Below, in pieces: positions 14,701-19,047 of a DNA stretch of 19,047 nucleotides. The stretch comes from Waddliaceae bacterium. Lineage in GTDB: Bacteria > Chlamydiota > Chlamydiia > Chlamydiales > SLOH01. Position 1 is the stretch's first letter. Each line of letters starts with the position of its first letter. The notes below the pieces were generated by a model. That model worked only from the letters and a program-made list of their open reading frames with translations. It was not told the origin of the DNA and made no database searches. Location: NCBI GenBank assembly GCA_040880105.1, contig JBBDJA010000023.1:1-19047 (forward strand), read 5' to 3'. A program made the translations under genes and the position numbers.

Positions 14701-17425
14701 GGCCAAGATCGATAATCCAGTCAGCGGTTTTCACAACATCCATGTTGTGTTCGATTACAAGAACGGTGTTGCCGCGTTTGACAAGCTCTTGAAGGACTTC
14801 TAGCAGGTGTTTGATGTCATGGAAATGGAGGCCGGTTGTGGGCTCGTCTAAAATATAGAGCGTTTGACCTGTAGAGGGGCGCGCGAGCTCCTTTGCTAGC
14901 TTGATGCGCTGCGCCTCTCCTCCTGAGAGAGTGGTAGAAGATTGGCCTAGTTTGATATAGCCCATTCCAACTTTCATCAATGTGCTAAGTTTAACGGCAA
15001 TGGAGGGGATAGCAGAAAAGAGCTCATAGGCGCGCTCTACTTCCATTTCCAGAATATCGTAAATATTATGCCCTTTGTACTGGATCTCTAGTGTGTCGTC
15101 ATCGAATCTCTTGCCAAGGCATTGAGGGCAGACGGTCCAGTCGTCTTCAAGAAAGTCCATATCGATCTTAATCATTCCCATTCCACTGCACTCTGAACAA
15201 GATCCATGTCTGACATTAAAGCTAAAGCGACCGGGCTCATATCCCCTTGCTCTTGAAAGAGGGAGGCTACTAAATAGCTCGCGCACTTCATCAAAGGCTT
15301 TGATATAGGTTGATGGATTTGATCTTGGGTTGCGTCCGATAGGGGATTGGTCGATTGCGATGATCTTATCGATTTTGTTTGCACCTGTCACTTTTTTATG
15401 CGCGCCAACAGCCATTTGGCCGTGATGCAAAGTATTTGAAAGGGAGGGGTGGAGAATTCCTGAGATTAATGACGATTTTCCGGATCCGGAAACCCCGGTC
15501 ACCGCGATAAAAGCGCCAAGCGGAATGTTTACATCGATGTTTTTAAGATTATGATGAGAGGCGCTATGGATTTTGATTCCGCTTTTCTTTGGTTTCCGCC
15601 TTTTCTTCGGAATTTCAATTTTTCTCTTTCCCGTCAGATACTGCCCGGTCAATGATTCGGGGTGAGAAAGCAGGCGGTCAAGACTCCCGTTGACAAGGAC
15701 TTTTCCGCCGCGACTTCCCGGGCCGGGGCCGAAATCTACGATGCTGTCAGCAGCCTTCACGGTCTCCTCGTCATGCTCGACCACAATAACGGTATTTCCA
15801 ACATCTTTTAAGTGTTTCAATGTAGAGATTAGCTTTTTGTTGTCTCTTGGGTGCAGTCCGATACTTGGCTCATCCAAAACGTATGTAATCCCGACAAGAC
15901 CCGAGCCGATCTGCGCTGCTAGTCTCACGCGCTGCGCCTCGCCCCCGGAAAGAGTGGGCGCTGTGCGGTTAAGGGTCAGGTAATGAAGGCCGACTTCAAG
16001 CAAAAATTGGAGGCGCTTTTGAATTTCATTTAAGAGCTCATCTCCAATGAGACGCTCGCTTTCTGTAAGTTTTAACTGCGTAAAGAATGTGAAAATATCT
16101 TGAATTGTTTTGTCTGCAAGTTTTGATATTCGAACCCCCCCAAGTTTTGTTGCCGCAGGATACGCTTTTAGCCTCTCTCCGTTGCAGTCAGGGCAAGACT
16201 GGATGGTCATCAATGCCTGCATCTTTTGTCTGTATTTTTCGCTTTTGGCTTCTTCATATCGTTTTTTAGCTTCATGAAGAACCCCTTGCCACCTGATGTG
16301 GTCAGACCAGCTGGAACCGGTTCTAGGGTTCACAAACTGCATGCGCGTCCACTTCTTTTCCGTTCCATACAGAAAGACATGCTTGGCTTTTTCCGGAAGT
16401 TTTTTCCAGGGAGTGTCGACAGAAAAGTCATAGAGCATCGCAAGGTTGTCGTAGATATTGCCGAATTTCACTGTCTGATAGGAGCTTGCAACACTGCAGC
16501 AGTCCTCACTAATGCTTTTATCGGGGTCGATGATCTTTTCAAGGTCATATTCGATGACCGTCCCAAGACCATTACATTTGCTACACATTCCATGTGGGCT
16601 ATTGAACGAGAAGTCGTGCGGCTCAAGCGGACCGTAAGACAGTCCTGATTTGGGAGAGTAGGCATGCATGGAAAAGAGCGTCTCTTCCTCTTTTGCAGGA
16701 TCGTAAATACTACATACACCGTTGCTTAGCTCTAGAGCCGTTGTCACAGACTCTGCAATACGCAGATGCGTCTCATTATTTACAACCAAACGGTCAATGA
16801 CAAGGTCGATATCGTGAGGTTTTGTTCGATCGAGATGGATCTCCTCTTCTAAATCGACAAATTGCTTGTCGAGACGAATTCTTGTGAAACCCTTTCGCAA
16901 GAGACCTTGAAACTCCTCTTTGAACTCTCCCTTTTTCCCCTTCGCAAATGGGGAGAGAATTATCACGCGGCAATTTTCCGGCATCATCTGAACTTTGCGG
17001 ATGATCGCTTCTTTACTTTGAGGAAGAACCGGCTCATGGCTCACGGGACAGTGCGGGATTCCAATACGCGCATATAATACCCGCATATAATCGTAGATTT
17101 CCGTAATCGTACCGACAGTTGATCTTGGATTGCGACCGGCTGTTTTTTGTTCAATGGAGATGGTCGGTGAAATTCCTGTCGCTGATTCCAGCAAAGGTTT
17201 TGCCATGTCTCCCATTTGTCTTCTTGCAAAAGTAGAGAGCGATTCGACAAAGCGCCTTTGGCCTTCGCGATAGATGGTATCAAATGCCATCGAGGACTTT
17301 CCCGAACCTGAAACCCCCGTAAAGACAATGAGTTCGTTTATTTTTAGTTCAAGGTCGACCGATTGCAGGTTGTGTACCTGCACTTTTTTCAATACTATGG
17401 CTTTATCTTTATCTTTTTCTTTCAT
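11765..17425 (-). CDS. uvrA: Excinuclease ABC subunit A, tandem-duplicated double-length form (four ABC ATPase domains)
   Basis: Likely start ATG 17425 ([20 protein letters not shown]), 1886 aa; the ORF-track GTG at 17491 adds 22 residues with no UvrA similarity. Four Walker A motifs (GVSGSGKSS x2, [18 protein letters not shown]), four LSGGEAQR, four LDEP and four H-loops. Halves span about 14560-17425 and 11765-14550. Confidence 0.96.
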   Translation of the reverse strand: MKEKDKDKAIVLKKVQVHNLQSVDLELKINELIVFTGVSGSGKSSMAFDTIYREGQRRFVESLSTFARRQMGDMAKPLLESATGISPTISIEQKTAGRNPRSTVGTITEIYDYMRVLYARIGIPHCPVSHEPVLPQSKEAIIRKVQMMPENCRVIILSPFAKGKKGEFKEEFQGLLRKGFTRIRLDKQFVDLEEEIHLDRTKPHDIDLVIDRLVVNNETHLRIAESVTTALELSNGVCSIYDPAKEEETLFSMHAYSPKSGLSYGPLEPHDFSFNSPHGMCSKCNGLGTVIEYDLEKIIDPDKSISEDCCSVASSYQTVKFGNIYDNLAMLYDFSVDTPWKKLPEKAKHVFLYGTEKKWTRMQFVNPRTGSSWSDHIRWQGVLHEAKKRYEEAKSEKYRQKMQALMTIQSCPDCNGERLKAYPAATKLGGVRISKLADKTIQDIFTFFTQLKLTESERLIGDELLNEIQKRLQFLLEVGLHYLTLNRTAPTLSGGEAQRVRLAAQIGSGLVGITYVLDEPSIGLHPRDNKKLISTLKHLKDVGNTVIVVEHDEETVKAADSIVDFGPGPGSRGGKVLVNGSLDRLLSHPESLTGQYLTGKRKIEIPKKRRKPKKSGIKIHSASHHNLKNIDVNIPLGAFIAVTGVSGSGKSSLISGILHPSLSNTLHHGQMAVGAHKKVTGANKIDKIIAIDQSPIGRNPRSNPSTYIKAFDEVRELFSSLPLSRARGYEPGRFSFNVRHGSCSECSGMGMIKIDMDFLEDDWTVCPQCLGKRFDDDTLEIQYKGHNIYDILEMEVERAYELFSAIPSIAVKLSTLMKVGMGYIKLGQSSTTLSGGEAQRIKLAKELARPSTGQTLYILDEPTTGLHFHDIKHLLEVLQELVKRGNTVLVIEHNMDVVKTADWIIDLGPEGGAGGGELVAEGTPEKISQMQTPTGVAVKEALFAKPLTAKEIPTQKRTEKQITEISVKGASQNNLKHLDLTIPREKMTVCTGPSGSGKSSLAFDTLYAEGQRRYIESLSPYARQFVKQMPKPKVEQIHGLSPAVAIEQKAHAGNPRSTVGTQTEIYDYLRILYSREGVAHAPDTGEVIESITKETVINRILKYPERTKIQVAAPIEIRHGQTFKEKISRLRQLGYVRLRLNGETFDIDQEELLNGFDPKRQNELLLIVDRLIVSKENAHRIFEAVETALKIGKDQLVVIEEAKDRWFNLAFAAPSTGKAYPPLTPHTFSFNHKAGMCLDCQGLGYVYGANLLQFPELLATRVKDLFHFFSAHPFPREIFEQLGIDPQKKIETLSGQQLNLLMNGSSALYSMKSGLQFHWIGLNNLLSKVAKAARQKYRNWVLPYLHETDCVSCKGSRLNPLARHVTLSDLTLPDLCHFPIEKAALWIQNLRKEVKSSHVLEEVWEQLIHRLKFLCDVGLGYLSLDRKAPTLSGGEAQRIRLARQMGSGLTGLIYVLDEPSIGLHPADNELLNRALINLKELGNTLVVVEHEPSTIQIADLILDFGPEGGEQGGYLTAKGTPQEILKDKNSLTGLYLSGAKQIPLPLKRRSLDQPKLKIENAELYNLKKINVEIPIGCLTCLTGVSGSGKSTLMHEVIYPAVKQGLNRKDRIELKGIGNISGIEHFEKMYLIDQNPVGHTIRSDVSTYVDVLTPIRQFFAQLPDAKLRGLTPEHFSSNRAKGRCTSCYGIGYRRVEMQFLPPIKIPCKECKGYSLNPLSLEIRYKGKHLGQHLDQTVLEAIVTFTDHPRIVKILKTLNEVGLGYLKLNQELPTLSGGEAQRLKLSRELSKRSSGKTLYLLDEPTTGLHSEDIAKLLHVIKTLVDKGNTMVIIEHNLDLIKQADYILDLGPGPGALGGKVIASGTPEEVAKCTGSKTGKFLLKQLKTS

Positions 17426-17556
17426 AAACTGTATCAAAATCAGGAACCTATGAACAACAAAGGTTGCTCTATTTTTGCAAATTCTCCGCACTAGAGGAGT
17501 TTTAAAGCCAAAATAGCTAAAATGTAGGTTGTACTAGTGAATAATACCCTTAATGA

Positions 17557-18594
17557 ATGAAAACTTTCAATTTGTTCTTCTTATTACTCGTTCCGACACT
17601 CCTTTTTTCAAATTCCCCGCGCTTTCTCTTTGAGTTAAAAGACGGCTCCTCATTCACTGCAAATTTTAAAAACAAAACGATTGTGGTTAACGATAACTGG
17701 CAGATAGAAGAAATTCCAACAAGCGATGTTGTAAACCTTGACCTAAAGGGAGGCCTTTCCGGCAAACGTTTAGCTAAAGGAGGGGTTTTGCAAAATATCT
17801 CCGGCGGTTTTCCGAAAGAGCCGTTTCTACTTCTTGAAAATCCAACAAGACGCCTGCATTGGGCTCAACTTGCAAGAATCACGCGCCAGGGAGAAATTGA
17901 TCCTTTGGAGGGGGCAAAATCAGAAGTTGTCTCGATACGATACATCGCAAAGCAAAAGCCCAAGCCTCAGAGAGTTGAAAAGGAGAGCGCTCCTGTCAAG
18001 AACGCAGTGAAGGTAGTTGAGAGGGTAGTCGAAAAGGTGGTAGAAAAAGTTGTAGAAAAGCCAGCAAATGTTTTTCCCTGGATTGCAGATGTTAACGCGC
18101 TTCTCTTATTACAAGAGGAACAAGAGAGACAAAATAAAAACCAAAGGCAGGAGATCTCCTTTTTAGAGGCTTCTTTTGACAGGGCTCAAGAGCAGAAAAA
18201 AATGGCAGAGATTCAATTTCGTGAATTGTCAGACAAGCAGATCGCCTCTCATAAAGCAGAAGTTTTGGCTTTAAAAAGAGAGCTAGGCGCGCTCATCGAA
18301 GAGAAAAATGTTCATTCTCAGCAGGTACGTGAGATCAAACGTCAAAATACGCGTCTACAAAATGAGCTGCTCGTCAAACAAAAGACACTTGATAATATTT
18401 ACAACCAACTCAATGGAGTCTACTCCTCCTCTGCTGAGAAGACACATCTTGTTCAGGAAGGGGAGAACCTTGTGCATATCTCCAAGAAATACTACGGCAC
18501 TTCGGCGAGGTGGGAAGAAATCTTTGAAGCCAATCGCGATCAAATCCCAAATTCTAATAAAATCCGCCCCGGACAATTAATTAAAATTCCTTGA
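17557..18594 (+). CDS. Exported coiled-coil protein with C-terminal LysM peptidoglycan-binding domain
   Basis: 345 aa. Signal-like MKTFNLFFLLLVPTLLFS, (VVE[K/R])x4 linker, long Q/E/K/L heptad region, C-terminal HLVQEGENLVHISKKYYGTSARWEEIFEANRDQIPNSNKIRPGQLIKIP (LysM). Confidence 0.88.
   Translation: MKTFNLFFLLLVPTLLFSNSPRFLFELKDGSSFTANFKNKTIVVNDNWQIEEIPTSDVVNLDLKGGLSGKRLAKGGVLQNISGGFPKEPFLLLENPTRRLHWAQLARITRQGEIDPLEGAKSEVVSIRYIAKQKPKPQRVEKESAPVKNAVKVVERVVEKVVEKVVEKPANVFPWIADVNALLLLQEEQERQNKNQRQEISFLEASFDRAQEQKKMAEIQFRELSDKQIASHKAEVLALKRELGALIEEKNVHSQQVREIKRQNTRLQNELLVKQKTLDNIYNQLNGVYSSSAEKTHLVQEGENLVHISKKYYGTSARWEEIFEANRDQIPNSNKIRPGQLIKIP
18013..18060 (+). repeat. Degenerate 12-bp coding tandem repeat (VVER-VVEK-VVEK-VVEK)
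   Basis: gtagttgagagg gtagtcgaaaag gtggtagaaaaa gttgtagaaaag; units differ mostly at synonymous positions. Confidence 0.8.
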
Positions 18595-18742
18595 TATAAG
18601 GAAATCTCTGAAAAACGAAAGGTTGTTACATTCACGCCTCTTTTCCTGAATTTCAAAATTCATATATATTTAGTAGTAACTGAAATTATTTAGATGTAAT
18701 TTAAGGAAGGTCTGATTAACGCAGCTTATTAAATTTTATGCC

Positions 18743-18824
18743 TTTTTCCTGAAATTCGAGAAAAACGCACTCACTTAACTATCAAGTAGTTAAGTTCGAT
18801 TGTTTTTTTGAATTTTAGAAAAAA
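18743..18824. repeat. 82-bp nested imperfect inverted repeat
   Basis: Perfect inner palindrome ACTTAACTA-TCAAG-TAGTTAAGT (18773-18795). Outer arms TTTTTCCTGAAATTCGAGAAAAAC (18743-18766) and GTTTTTTTGAATTTTAGAAAAAA (18802-18824) are complementary at 20 of 24 aligned positions. Confidence 0.7.
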
Positions 18825-18940
18825 TTCAGTCAAAATTTAATTAACCCGAGTTTACAAGAGGTTCCTAAATAACTCTACTTCATTAATTTGCATTAATATA
18901 TTTCACTTTATTTACTATTAAATAATTAATTTAATAATTA

Positions 18941-18949
18941 TGCTATAAT
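18941..18949 (+). promoter_or_regulatory. Extended -10 promoter element (TGnTATAAT) for the gene starting at 18984
   Basis: TGCTATAAT 34 nt upstream of ATG 18984, SD-like AGGTG at 18974-18978. No good -35 at canonical spacing. Confidence 0.55.
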
Positions 18950-18983
18950 TAAGGTAAGTGTTTAGTTTAGTATAGGTGTTAAT

Positions 18984-19047
18984 ATGAGAAAAGTGGGTGG
19001 CTATAGTCAAATTCCATCTGGTGATTTCAGTTATAATGATTATAAAA
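18984..19047 (+). CDS. 5' end of an unidentified gene (truncated by window)
   Basis: ATG after AGGTG; open to the edge: MRKVGGYSQIPSGDFSYNDYK. Confidence 0.5.
   Translation, partial: MRKVGGYSQIPSGDFSYNDYK

Noticed and set aside
12085..15960. Four near-identical ~25-nt segments (cgctgcgc.tc.cc.cc.ga.ag) near 12090, 13115, 14910 and 15930
   Set aside because: They encode the [11 protein letters not shown] signature of the four UvrA ATPase domains; kb-scale irregular spacing, not CRISPR or mobile repeats.
17426..17491. 22-aa N-terminal extension of UvrA from GTG 17491
   Set aside because: No UvrA similarity; the conserved domain begins just after ATG 17425.
17426..17556. SOS/LexA box upstream of uvrA
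   Set aside because: No CTGT-N8-ACAG or GAAC-N4-GTTC seen; only short palindromes (TTTGCAAA, CTCC..GGAG) compatible with chance.
1021..18580. Many 60-140 aa alternative-frame and antisense ORFs nested in the long genes
   Set aside because: They lie within well-supported CDSs, have no recognisable motifs, and are expected by chance.
18617..18646. Intrinsic terminator after the LysM gene
   Set aside because: The stem (AGGTTG/CACGCCT) is bulged and the U-tract short; too weak to call without folding or Term-seq data.
18773..18795. Palindrome as a XerCD dif site
   Set aside because: GTTAA resembles the XerD arm, but the ATAA-N6-TTAT core and 11-6-11 spacing are absent.

Overview
A core-chromosome segment that looks like an environmental chlamydia (Chlamydiota); this is inferred from the gene set: plastid-type GPAT, ptr-plsB-RNase E/G order, PknD, double-length UvrA and a Cys-rich MOMP-like porin. 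The minus strand carries, in transcription order: tandem-duplicated uvrA, lemA, an htpX-like M48 protease, a small 4-TM protein, a 123-aa hypothetical, pknD, then a 312-nt gap with predicted stem-loops, then RNase E/G, plsB-type GPAT, ptr insulinase, and a truncated outer-membrane porin that the ORF track missed (1..570). The plus strand carries a signal-peptide/coiled-coil/LysM protein, an AT-rich gap with a long nested inverted repeat, and the start of another gene. I found no mobile element, CRISPR array, tRNA or rRNA. The best candidates for something undescribed are (i) a LemA-HtpX-membrane protein-hypothetical-PknD cluster that could be an envelope-stress signalling module, (ii) a possible structured autoregulatory leader on the RNase E/G gene, (iii) a lectin-like domain in PknD, and (iv) several non-coding structures. 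All family calls come from motif recognition by eye; no searches or folding programs were run.
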